This document shows positions 39,930 to 54,150 of a stretch of 64,000 nucleotides of DNA, one piece after another. Below the pieces are notes generated by a model. The model was not told where the DNA came from. It did no database searches and was given only the letters and a program-made list of their open reading frames with translations. The stretch comes from Octopus bimaculoides (taxonomy: Eukaryota), in assembly GCF_001194135.2 (NCBI RefSeq), contig NC_069008.1, positions 10,767,833 through 10,831,832 on the forward strand. The letters run 5' to 3'. Both the position numbers and the translations under genes were made by a program. Position 1 is the stretch's first letter. The number at the start of each line of letters is the position of its first letter.

Positions 39930-41110
39930 CTGGAGATGCCACTATGAAAGGTTGCTCAATAAAGAGAATGAATGGGAGTAAGAGAGTCTGACGAATGTCA
40001 ACCCAACAGCAATCTAAATTGACAGTACCTTGATAGATAAAGCAATTAAGTGTATGAAGACAGGGGAAGCCCCCGGCCCATCAGGAATCACCACAGAGAT
40101 GCTCAAAATATCTGATGGTGTTGGCTATAGCCTAATCACCTGTATAGTTAACCAGGTGATACATGAAGGAGTCATACCCAATGACTGGTGTAGCAACACC
40201 ATAGTCAGCTGCTACAAAGGTAAAGGTGACACTTTAGATCCAAATATAAAATGCTCTGAAAGTGTAGCTGCTAGAATAAGAATAGCCTGGGCAAAGTTCA
40301 GAGAGCTCCTACCTCTGCTGGTGACAAAGGGCCTCTCGCTCAGATTAAAAGGCAGACTGTATGACGCATGTGTGCAAACTGCCATGCTACATGGCAGTGA
40401 AACATGGGCTGTGACAGCTGAGGACATGCATAAGCATGCAAGGAAGGAAGCCAGTATACTCCAATGGATGTGTAATGTCAATGTGCATACATGACAGAGC
40501 ATAAACGCCCTGAGAGAAAAGTTGAATTTAAGAAGCATCAGATGTGGTGTGCAAGAGAGATGACTGAGCTGGTATGGAGATATGCTGTGCTTGAGAAGAT
40601 CCGACAAGCCAAGTGAGACCATAGCCCATGGCCTATGCCAGTGGGTGTAACCAGCCCATTTATGAATACCCCTCATTCATTGGACAATAAACCTTGCTTA
40701 TGAAGACCTATTGAGGCAAGTGAAATCAAAATCAAAATTGCTCACATAGCCAACGACAGTACTGCCTGATTGGCACTCGCTCGTGCCAGTGGATCATTAA
40801 AAGCACATCCAAATGTGGGGTGTAACTGGCTCACTTATGAGTACCCCTCATTCATTCGACAATGAACTTTGCTTGCAAAGACCTATTGAGGCAAGTGTAA
40901 ACAAACCAAAATCGCTGATGTGGCCAATGACAGTACCGCATGATTGGCACTCATCCCAGTGGAACATTTAAAGCACATCTGAGCGTGATTGTTGCCAGGG
41001 CTACGGATTGGCCCCTGTGCCGGTGACATTTGTAAAGCACCATTTGAGAATGATCATTGCCAGCGTTGCCTTACCGGCACATGTGCCAGTGGCACATGAA
41101 AAAAAGCATT
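39930..41110 (+). mobile_element. Internally deleted RTE LINE with a duplicated 3' UTR segment
   Basis: KAIKCMKTGEAPGPSGITTEMLK...YKGKGD joins directly to CSESVAARIRIAWAKFREL...GSETW, so the RT core is lost. ~175-bp tandem duplication at 40643-40990. Confidence 0.85.
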
Positions 41111-41128
41111 TGAGCATATATTTATGTG

Positions 41129-41270
41129 TATTTAAAAGCAGCAGAAATATAACAAAAAAAAACGTTACTCTGAGTTTCACGTTCCCGTTCATCGGACAAA
41201 CTGTCCGATGAACGGGAACGTGAAACTCAGAGTAACGGTTTTTTTGTTATATTTCTGCTGCTTTTAAGTA
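41129..41270. repeat. Long hairpin with a perfect 36-bp core; each arm is a hammerhead-like motif
   Basis: 41163-41198 and 41202-41237 are exact reverse complements with a 3-nt loop; about 30 bp more pairs outside. Confidence 0.9.
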
Positions 41271-41652
41271 AAGCATATTACTCTACCTCTAGTATTTGAG
41301 TACTCTTTTTTCCACCTTGTTGCACATTTCATGTGCTTACTCCGGTATATTTATGTGTATTTAAAAGCAGCNNNNNNNNNNNNNNNNNNNNNNNNNNNNN
41401 NNNNNNNNNNNNNNNNNNNNNNNNNNNNNNNNNNNNNNNNNNNNNNNNNNNNNNNNNNNNNNNNNNNNNNNNNNNNNNNNNNNNNNNNNNNNNNNNNNNN
41501 NNNNNNNNNNNNNNNNNNNNNNNNNNNNNNNNNNNNNNNNNNNNNNNNNNNNNNNNNNNNNNNNNNNNNNNNNNNNNNNNNNNNNNNNNNNNNNNNNNNN
41601 NNNNNNNNNNNNNNNNNNNNNNNNNNNNNNNNNNNNNNNNNNNNNNNNNNNN

Positions 41653-41720
<68 letters not shown>

Positions 41721-41773
41721 GTATATGTACATGTATATATGTATGCATGTATGTATATGTATGTATGTATATA

Positions 41774-42160
41774 TACGAGTGTAATTCCAAAAGTAAGGTC
41801 TCCAAAAATATATAGAAATTACAGAAATGTTTTTTGTCAATGACGTTTACATCATTTTAAAGTTTGAACATTTATCTATTTTTCCTACATTTATCTATTT
41901 TTTCGGTTGATGTACTTTTGTAGGTGCTGGGGCAGTTTTTGTATGCCCATGTCATACCAGCTTACCGCCATGTTGAGGAAGCGTTGAACCTCATCTTTCA
42001 TCTCGTCATCACTGAAGTGCATTTTGACCAAATGTTCTTTCAACTTAGGGAGCAGGTGGTAGTCACTGGGTGCCAGGTCTGGGCTATAAGGTCAGTAGTA
42101 ATTTATTGTCTTCTGTGAGCATTCATGTGACCATCTTGCACACACTTTCTGATATTGCAA
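41774..42160 (-). mobile_element. Mariner 3'-end fragment
   Basis: TIR-like tacgagtgtaattccaaaagtaagg; antisense transposase C-terminal sequence. Confidence 0.65.
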
Positions 42161-42199
42161 CTTTTTACTCAAAAAGTATGGTGCTTTAGGAAACCTCAG

Positions 42200-44110
42200 G
42201 AACCAAAATGTCAAAGGTAGTTTATAGAAAGAAAGAAATTAGCAGAAAACTAATAGTAGAGAGATATAGTGTAATATGTGAATTAGAATACTGCTTAAAG
42301 GAATGGAAGAAGATGTATTTAGTGGAAGTGCAATGTAAGAAGACAGTTAAAGTTCGAATTTTATAGAATGGTAGAAATTACTTATAGGAACTAAAGGTAT
42401 GCTTCTGCCAATGTTTGCAATGATAAACGCATTCAATAAATATATTTACAAGGGGATTCTTTGAGAATAGGATAAAAAATATTTCACTATTACAAAGGGA
42501 GCAAAAAGATTTACCTTTGTCATAAGGTGAAGAAATAAAGAGAATATTCCATTCCAAATTAAATTGTTTATTATGATCTTTTAGATACTAGATTAATTTA
42601 CTAAGCCCAGTATTGTTCTGTTTATTGATATGCCTAAATGTAGGGTAATGATTAGATATTCTTTTGGACAAGTGAGATAAAGAATTACCTATATCAAAAA
42701 AAGATGTCAGAACTGGAAGTAATTTTACATTGATAAATAGAGTTTCTAGTCTTAGAATTACTGCTAAGAAAATGAATGCGAGTGGAGTTGACTTCAGAAA
42801 CAATAAACCTGCTGTTAATATTATTTAAAGAATGGTTAGTGTTAACAAAATTAATGTTAGTATTTTCATTAAGTGGATTTGTATTTAACAACTTATTACT
42901 ATGCAAAGAGATGATTTGTGTTAGAAAAACCTATCCTAATTTGCTGTGAATTAATAATTGAATAGTATCTTGAATTTCTTGGGAAATTCTTTTCTATAGC
43001 TTCATGAAACTGGTAAGGGAGGTTAAATTTGATCTACTTACCATATGGAATTATTAACCAAACAGTTTTGCTGGGACATACCTTGTTATTAGGGTAATTA
43101 TGCTTAAAAGTCCTCGTTGTACCTTTATATTGAAAACAAGGTCTTAAATAATGGTTATCTCCCTTACGCTGCAGAAATACATTACTTGATTTGGTGTTGT
43201 TATTCGAAATAAAATTAAGATTGTTAATATTGTTACAATTTGATTTCATGTCCTGATAAATAGAGGTAGAATTAATGTCAATAGGGTTAATATAGGTAAT
43301 TTTTTCTTTATAGCCTGCCTTAAGTAAGGCAGAGTTATAAAATTCAGCTTTATCGTTGAAGATATCAACATTAGCAGATAATCTAGAAAGTCTAAGTGAA
43401 ATATTCCTAACTAAATTTTTTGTAATAGCCTTAGAGTGATTACTGAAAGAACTAATATATCTTAAATTAGTTGAGGGTTTATGGTATGGGAAATATGAAT
43501 CATTATGCAAGTTAAGGGTAATATCCAAAAGTTGGCTTTAGTTACATCATTGTCAAAAACAATGCTTAAGCCCATGTTTCGGAAAAATTTAACTAAGCTA
43601 TTCTTAACCCTTTGTAATTTTTCGTTAGAAACATTTTGAAGGTAGAGTAAACAATCATCCCGATATAGACCTCCCTCATAAAGGATGTATATTCTGACCA
43701 AATCAGCGATTTGTGCTGAGTCAGAACTTCCCATCCTGACATCAAAACTGTCGAGTGTATCTTTACAGACCCATAGTTTGTTACCAAATTTAATAATAGA
43801 TTTTCTGGTGGCTAACATGACATCAATTTCATCCCTGGTGAGACCTGCTTTGTTGTGTGTGAGCCAGAGTGCCTTGTTAAGTACAATTTAGTTGATAGAG
43901 GAACAGAAACTAGAAACTGGAAAAACTTAGTGCACTTCTTGTTTTTAATAGAACTAAACCAGTTGACGACTTGGAATGAATTAGACCATAAATTAAGCTC
44001 CTTAACCAGTTGTTGAGTGACCCATCCGTGAGGAATCAATGCTAGATGTATTGAAACAATTGTCGTGATTAATAATATTTTTTCGTGAATTCCATCTTTT
44101 GTCTTTCATT
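42200..44110 (-). mobile_element. Frameshifted PLE (RT plus C-terminal GIY-YIG), Hydra-clade-like
   Basis: VVNWFSSIKNK, FDVRMGSSDSAQIADLV, GLYRDDCL, FPYHKPS...SNHSKAI; endonuclease IYQCKIT...RISNHYPTFRH...TGLSKLI. Confidence 0.85.
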
Positions 44111-45329
44111 TGCCATATACCTATATATATATATATATATATATATCACGTCAGTCTTGTATTATCCACACAGCTCAAAGTGAGGTGAATAAAAAGCAAA
44201 CAAGTAATAAGGACGTCAAGGTATTAGTGCCTTATGGCCGTTTCAGGATCTCCATTTAATTGAATAATGCAAGTATTACATCAACTTGAAATACACTGCC
44301 TTCCTTGGATGCATATGACCAAATAGGTTTTCAACATACAGGATACTCCATTATAATTTTTAGCACATATTTCATCAGAACTAGAGAATGAAAGAATTGC
44401 ATGCTGCTATTACTGTGGCAGAATGAACATAGGGAAAAAAAAATCCCAACTATAATTTGGAGAGGCAAAAGAGAATAACAATGGGGGTCATGAAATGGAA
44501 ATATGGCTACTATTTTTATCTATCTCCTTATCACTATCAAAAGTTCTCATGCAGCTAGTATGCTCCACCCACTAAAAATAAAAATGAGTAAGAATTGATG
44601 GTTAAGTTCTACCTGCTGATAATAAATTGATTACTGTCAGACACTCTCCCAAACCCCTAATTCACTGTGGTTATAAATTCCCTATGACCACATAAAGAAA
44701 CAAAACTCAGAAGAAGTTAATAAGATAGTGGTAAATGCCCAGAAAGGGGGAGGGTAGGGATGACATAAACTATTTAATTATTCTAAGTTTATGGGGCCTA
44801 AAATAGGAAACAAAGGACATTACAAGGATATCTAAATGGGCATTAAGGATACAGGGGGAAAAATATTTAACCAAAGTTTAGCAAAATTAATATATTATTA
44901 TATTTTGTATAATAAAAAGTACAATTTTAAAATTTAGAAGGGGAAATAAGGACCAAGTAAGATAAGAAGGATATGTAAACCAATTTAAGCCCTAAAAAAG
45001 TAGATTGCTTTCATATAAAATAGAAGCTTCATAATACTTCATCCTAGCAAACTTTAAGGTGATCATGATAAAACCATTCAAGCAATGAACCCAAATTACA
45101 TTCAGATTTCATCCAAGAAAGGGGTACACATTTTCTCTTGACTGGAAACTAGGGATCAAAGGAGAAAAATGTGATAATTGGTTCTGTAATGGATAAACTT
45201 ACTTAAAAAATATAATTATATAAAAAAAATTCCAACATTACGAAAAAGTCTTTTCATTTCAAGTTTCATTCTGTTATTCACAAATGTGTGGACCATGGTT
45301 GTTTTAAGTAATGAAAGCTATAGGTTATT

Positions 45330-46580
45330 TCCAGTACCTACATCCAATTTGCATTTATTGCAAGGTAATATATTGATTTCATTTAACATAAGGAAGCTAG
45401 TAGTATTGGAGTGGCCTGTTAGAGCCATACAAGCCATGTGCAGCAGTGCTGTCAGTAAGGTGAGAACTTGCCATATATATATAGTGACGAATTTAGCATA
45501 CAAGTAGGTGTTCACCAGGGATCAGTTTTTAGTCCAGACTTATTCATCATAATCCTCCAGGCCATAACAGAGGAATTCAAAACTGGATGCCCACAAGAAC
45601 TGCCATATGCTGATGACCTCACTCTTATTGCAGAATCTGAAGCAGAATTGGAGAAGAAGTTCCAGGTAAGGAAGCAAAACCTGGCATCAAAGAGCCTTAA
45701 AGTTAAACAAGCAAAGACTAAAGTTGCTGCTAGCAAGAAAGCAGATAAGACTCTCTTTCTGTCAGGTAAATGAGCCTGCTCAATATGTAGGAAAGAAGTG
45801 GGAAGTAATTCCATTCGTTGCACCCAGTGTAAGCTATGGATGCATAAGAGATGCAGTGGAATCACTGGTAGATTAACGGATAAGGTCACTTTCGTGTGTG
45901 GCAGATGTGCAGGAACAATAAGCACTAAGAACACATGAGACTTAGACTCTCCCAAAAGCCCAGCAGGCTCTCTTGAGGTAGTAATAGTTTCAGCTACTTA
46001 GGTGGCCAAATTATTAATGGTGGTAGATGCTCTGAAAGTATTGTTTCTAGAATAAGAAGAGGATGGAAACTCAGAGAGCTACCACCTGTGTTGGCAATAA
46101 AAGGTCTCTCTCTCAGAGTGAAAGGTAGATTGTATGATGCTTGTGTATGAACAGCTATACTCCATAGTAGTGAGACATGGGCTCTGAATGTCGAGGATAT
46201 GCATACACTGGAGAGGAATGAAGGTAGTATGCTCTGTTGGATGTGCAACATCAGTGTACATGAAAGCACAACTATGTTGAGAGAAAAGGTGGGTATAAGA
46301 GAAATTAAATGTGGCAAGCAGGAGAGAAGACTGCATTGGTTTGGACATGTGATGTGTTTGAATGAAGACAGCTGTATAAAGAAGTGCCTGTCACTAGATG
46401 TCACCTGTGGAAGAGGGAAACCCAGGAAGACCTATGGAAGAGGGAAACCCAGCGAAACCCAGGAAGATGAAGTGGTGAGGACCAATCTCAGGATGTTAGG
46501 GCTCACAGAAGAAATGACAATGGGTTGAGATGTCTGGCAATATGAGGTTCTAGAGAAGATCTGCCCATGTCAGCAAAACT
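45330..46580 (+). mobile_element. RTE LINE ORF2 fragment with RT core and a Cys/His-rich insertion
   Basis: VGVHQGSVFSP, YADDL, CSICRKEVGSNSIRCTQCKLWMHKRC...CGRC, ERRLHWFGHV, RGKPRKT. Confidence 0.9.
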
Positions 46581-47044
46581 GAGTGTTAGAAGTGTTGTGT
46601 CACACTCACGTGTAACAATAAGATTTTCACACACCCAACCAACCCCCAAGAAACCAAACTACATCTCTTCTAAACTGCATCTTTTTCTTCCTCACATTTC
46701 GTCTTCAAACACTACGATTATCTCCCACTCCCCATCCCTGCCCTGATCACTGTACTACTGCTTTCCCCCACCTCATCTTTATACCCGGGTTTTCACCAGA
46801 CACTACAACCCCCATCCCCGCTCCCTGCTCATCCCTTTTTGATAATACCTGGCCACATATATTATGACTTCTGCACTTTGAGGGCAAACCTTGGCATTTG
46901 CCACCATTAACCACTCTTGTCCTTGCTCTACCATCCTATCTATTCCTTGCTCTACCATCCTATCTATTCTCTGATCCACATTACTTGTGAATATACCCTG
47001 ACACTTCTCTTGCACAGCTCTCTCTTTCACTTTTGCTGTCACCC

Positions 47045-47191
47045 ATTCTCTCTCTCTCTCTCTCTCTTCTCTCTCTTCCTATCGCTCTCTTTCTCTCTCT
47101 TCCTATCGCTCTCTCTCTCTTTCTCTCTCTCTCTTTCTCTCTCTCTCTTTCTCTCTCTCTCTTTCNNNNNNNNNNTTTCTCTCTCTCTCTT

Positions 47192-47224
<33 letters not shown>

Positions 47225-47290
47225 TTCCCTCTCTCTCTTTCCCTCTCTTTCCCTCTCTATCTTTCCCTCTCTATCTTTCCCTCTCTCTGG
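47045..47290. repeat. (TC)n/(TTTC)n microsatellite
   Basis: Seen directly. Confidence 0.95.
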
Positions 47291-48222
47291 TCAGGTAATT
47301 ATGTACCTCCTCTATAACAAAACACCTGTTTCTGCTTTTCTGTCTCTCTGTCTCATTATAACCTTTCATTATCTGACACAAGATCACCTCCTCCAATGCC
47401 TCCTCCCCTCTCTAAGCATCTTTGTTTTGCAAGCTACTTGGTAACCCAGCTGGTGCTGGTGCCATGTAAAATGCATCCAGTCCACACTGTGAAGTGATTG
47501 GCATTTGGAAGGGCATCCAGTTGCAAAAACCATGCCGAAACAGACACAGTAGCCTGGGGTAGTCTTCTAATTGGTTAGCTCCCATAAAACTACCCAGCTC
47601 ATGCCAGCATGGAAGACAGACATTAAATGATGATGAGGATGATACTGCGCTATTTTCCACATTCAAATTTTTGAGTTCAACATTCAAAAAATTTTGCAAC
47701 AGAACAGAACAGTTAGCAACAAAAGCACAACAGCAAAGGAAAAGAAGGGCAACTGATTCAGAGAAAAACTAGAGCAAAATCACCGAAACAAATGTCTGAA
47801 TATGTACAAACGCATAGAGAATATGATGGTGATTCTGCTTTGTCTAACAGACTGGTTAATGTATCTCAAGAAGAGAATAAACCTACACCAAACTAAGACA
47901 CTGAACCAGCTTTCATATTCTCTCAATATTCAGGTGCCGGTTGATAATCATCAATTTTTTTCTCTGCTGGGAACTTGGAATTTGTCAAGTTTGAGATTCT
48001 TTGATATAACGAACTGAATTTGTCTTCTTAAATAAGTACTACTACTACATAGCTACATAAGAGGGCTTCGATGTGAATTTTTGACTGGTTCTATGAAGAA
48101 ACTGTAATCATTCACTAAATTATGGATCGCATGAGCTAATTACTGAGAGGCTAATTACTGAGAGGCTAATTACTGAGAGGGTACTGAGTGCATTCTGTTA
48201 CAAACCCTCTGTTGTGAAACTA

Positions 48223-48258
<36 letters not shown>

Positions 48259-48723
48259 CCGTATGTGGTCACTTGACTGATTGGAAATAGCTGAATCTTA
48301 CAATGGGTATTATTGCCACTGCAGCAACAACAAAAACAATAACCATCAGCCCACCACTATCACTACCAGGACAACATTGCCACCAAACCCCACCACAAAC
48401 ATCACCACTGCAACCACTATCAGGACAGCCTTTGCCTCCAATCCTCACCTCAAGCATCACTTCCTCCCACTTCCCCCACCTTCATAGTCAGCACTGTTAC
48501 TGCATAATTAAATGCCCAAAAACCTGTGGACAATGGATTAAGCTGAATAAACCAGCAGGTTGCCATGTAGTTTTGGTGTGTGGACACAGCTGGGTCTAAG
48601 AGTTTGTTCATCATATTAAAGAATTGGTCATAATTGTCCACTCATGTACAGCAAAGCAGAGTGTATGAATGTATGCATACATGCATCTACGTACATATGT
48701 ATGTATTTATGCATGTATATATA

Positions 48724-48816
<93 letters not shown>

Positions 48817-49407
48817 ATCATATATAGACATACATACATACATATATATACATACATACATACACACACATATATATATATATGCATACATGCATACATA
48901 CACACACACACACATGCACATACACACACATGCATATATATATGTATATACACAGGGTGTACCAATATTAAGGCAACCAACTCTTTTCAATTTTGCCAAA
49001 GCAAAACATTGTTATATTTCAGGTCTGAGTGTTGCAATGCAAATGGCAATGGAAACATAATTATGACACTACTACATTTATTTAATACGACCATACCTGT
49101 TTCGAATCACAGCCTTAAGTCTAGGTGTGAAAGTTTCACACACGGCATGCAGTTGTTCTGGTGGAATCAAAGCCCATTGCTGTTATAGTTTTGCCTTCAG
49201 AGTGTTGAGTGAAGCATTGGGGAGTGCTTGAAACCCTCATCTCTAAAATGGACCAAATTGAAAAATCCAGTGGGTCGAGATCAGGGCTTTTTGAGGGCCA
49301 TACATACTTGCCTATGAGCTGTGGGATGGTGGTGAGTTTTGTTGGAGGCTCCAAGGTGTGCCTTGAAAGTACTCATTCACCCATGGAAGCAGTTCAGCTT
49401 CCAGAAT

Positions 49408-49582
49408 ACAGTTCTATATTTAAGAGATGAGGAATTATGTACATCATTTACGTTATTTACATTTGATGGATATTTGTCCTCATCTTGTTTGTTGTTAACA
49501 TGTTTCGGCTGATCCTCCAGCCTTCAACAGGTGTCTTAGGTAAATTTCAAACCTGTGTTCGCATTCCTAAGGTATTTTTCAA

Positions 49583-49632
<50 letters not shown>

Positions 49633-49667
49633 TTCTTCTTCTTCTTCTTCTTCTTCTTCTTCTTCTT

Positions 49668-49698
<31 letters not shown>

Positions 49699-49896
49699 TT
49701 CAAGTCACTGCCTGGAATCGAACTTAGAATCTTGGGGTTAGTAGCCCGCGCTCTTAACCGCTACGGCATATGCCCGTGGTTTGAAATTTCCCCAAGACAC
49801 CTGATGAAGGCTGGAGGGTATATCAGCCGAAATGTTGTGCTAACAACAAACAAGATGAGGACAAATATCCATCAAATGTAAATAATGTAAATAATG
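49408..49896 (-). mobile_element. tRNA-headed SINE with hammerhead tail, inverted tail duplicate and 12-bp TSD
   Basis: tRNA-like head at 49775-49704; (AAG)n(AAC)n; HHR tail; inverted arms 49442-49553 / 49778-49896; TSD agcttccagaat at 49396-49407 and 49897-49908. Confidence 0.85.
49796..49841 (+). ncRNA. Minimal type-I hammerhead motif, partly decayed
   Basis: GACAC-CTGATGA-A-GGCTG...CAGCC-GAAA-TG-TT-GTGCT; the stem III palindrome AACGTT is decayed to AATGTT. Confidence 0.7.
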
Positions 49897-50900
49897 AGCT
49901 TCCAGAATGTTGCTAATGTATCACTAGGAGTTAATTTCAACACCCAAGGGCACAAAACGAGGGGAGACCTGTCACAGCCACCCAAACCTAAACTGATTGT
50001 GAATTTTGACATCGATTTATGAGTCTACCCTCGACGGAACCAGATACACTCCAAAGTCGGTCATTCTGGTGGTTTACTGTCTGCTCAATGTCAAATTTCT
50101 TTTCACCAATGAACACCATGTTGGACAGCGTACCTTCAGCAATCTGCTGCAAGATGACTTCTCTTCAGTTTCATGGTCTTATACACTTGCGTGAGCTCAT
50201 GACAGTGGACCATCTTTTAGGGATGGGTACTGAGATCCACCTTCAGAACTTGATGCATTGATGTTCAGCATATTTGTGCTGTGGCAGCCAGTTGTCTGAT
50301 GGAACAAGGAATTTGCCATATCTTTTCTCTGATACTTTTGATAAGCTGAGAGGTCTGCACACTTCTTTTTCGGTCACATCCAGGTTGATCAGCAGTGGAA
50401 CAAGTCTCTTGAAATTTCTTGCAGACTGTTGTTTGGTTAATTTTAAGCTGTTTTTGCTATAGCTGTATTACTTTCACTTCCATTATGGAAAGTTATGAAT
50501 TATTTAGTCTGAAACAAAAAGAAGACACACTAACCTTTTATAATGATCTATAATTTTCCTATCCTATCACATTTATTGATAGTTATTAAAACCCGAAACT
50601 TCGGTTGCCTTAATTTCAGGATCTCTGTATATATTTTTATACACATACATACATACATATATTCTTTTATTCTTTTATTTGTTTCAGTCATTTGACTGCG
50701 GTCATACTGGAGCACCACCTTTAGTCGAGCAAATCAACCCGAGGACTTATTCTTTGTAAGCCTAATACTTATTCTATCGGTCTCTCTTGCCGAACCACTA
50801 GGTTACAGGGACGTAAACACAGCAGCATCGGTTGTCAAACGATGTTGGGGGGAAAACACAGACACACAAACACATATATACATACATACATACATACATG

Positions 50901-53470
<2,570 letters not shown>

Positions 53471-54091
53471 AGATATATAGGGTGCGAGAGGTAAATTGTC
53501 ACCATTTTATATCTTCAATTTCATGCATGCCTGTTGTTTGCTTTTGATTTTTTATTCCCTTTCGCAATTATCCCTAATTGCGGTTTGGGGTTTGACTGCT
53601 CCTTCTAGTGGTTTAGATGTCCTATTATAGACATCTCTTATGTGTATAAATGTACACTGTATGTATTTATATAATATATAGTCTATTGACTAGTTTTTCT
53701 TCTCGCTAGACCATTTTTTTGCTACCCTGAAATTTATTAATAATGATATAATGACTTTTTGGTTAATTTCTGTATGGGTGCAAGGTTGTTGAGTGCGTGT
53801 ATGTGTGGATGTGTATGCAGGTATATATATGTATATGTACATATATGTATAGTTTTTGACGAGTATGTGGGTGAGCATGTGTGTGTTTCAAGTGAGGGTG
53901 GTTTAGTATATAAATATAGGCAAATGTACAGATTGGTGCACTTATGCGAACCTATAGACTTGTCTACTCCATTACTTTTACCCCCTCCCCTTACTTACCG
54001 GTCTATAGCTTTTTTGTCTTAATAACGGGCAACCACACAGTAATTTCCCTTTGTTTATCGGTCATTTTTCACAGGAATTTTCAATGGCCAT

Positions 54092-54150
54092 ATAACTGAA
54101 GAGATGTTGGTGTGGGTTCCCACCCTGGCATCCGAAACTCGGAGTTTTAT
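54092..54150 (+). ncRNA. Minimal type-I hammerhead motif, intact core
   Basis: ATAA-CTGAAGA-GATGTTGG...CTGGCATC-C-GAAA-CTCGGAG-TT-TTAT. Confidence 0.8.

Larger units (their letters stand above)
48953..50627 (-). mobile_element. Tc1/mariner (maT-like) transposon interrupted by a SINE-hammerhead insertion
   Basis: TIRs cagggtgtaccaatattaaggcaacc / ggttgccttaatttcaggatctctg; WPSKSPDLDPLDFSIW motif. A deletion prevents counting the D-D spacing. Confidence 0.8.

Noticed and set aside
44228-44255. 3' half of a hammerhead on - (GAAA-CGGCCA-TA-AGG)
   Set aside because: No matching CUGANGA half upstream.
47700-47915. Purine-rich, coding-looking stretch (QRKRRATDSEKN; QMSEYVQTHREY)
   Set aside because: Frames are short and interrupted by stops; no family recognised.
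48134-48180. Three copies of a 15-bp unit (ctaattactgagagg)
   Set aside because: A simple local slippage repeat with no further structure.
49704-49775. Possible tRNA-Ser(ACT) gene
   Set aside because: The acceptor stem does not pair and the sequence is embedded in a repeat with a TSD; it is a SINE head.
49555-49881. Poly-L/F and poly-V/L ORFs
   Set aside because: Translations of the (GTT)n(CTT)n microsatellite inside the SINE.
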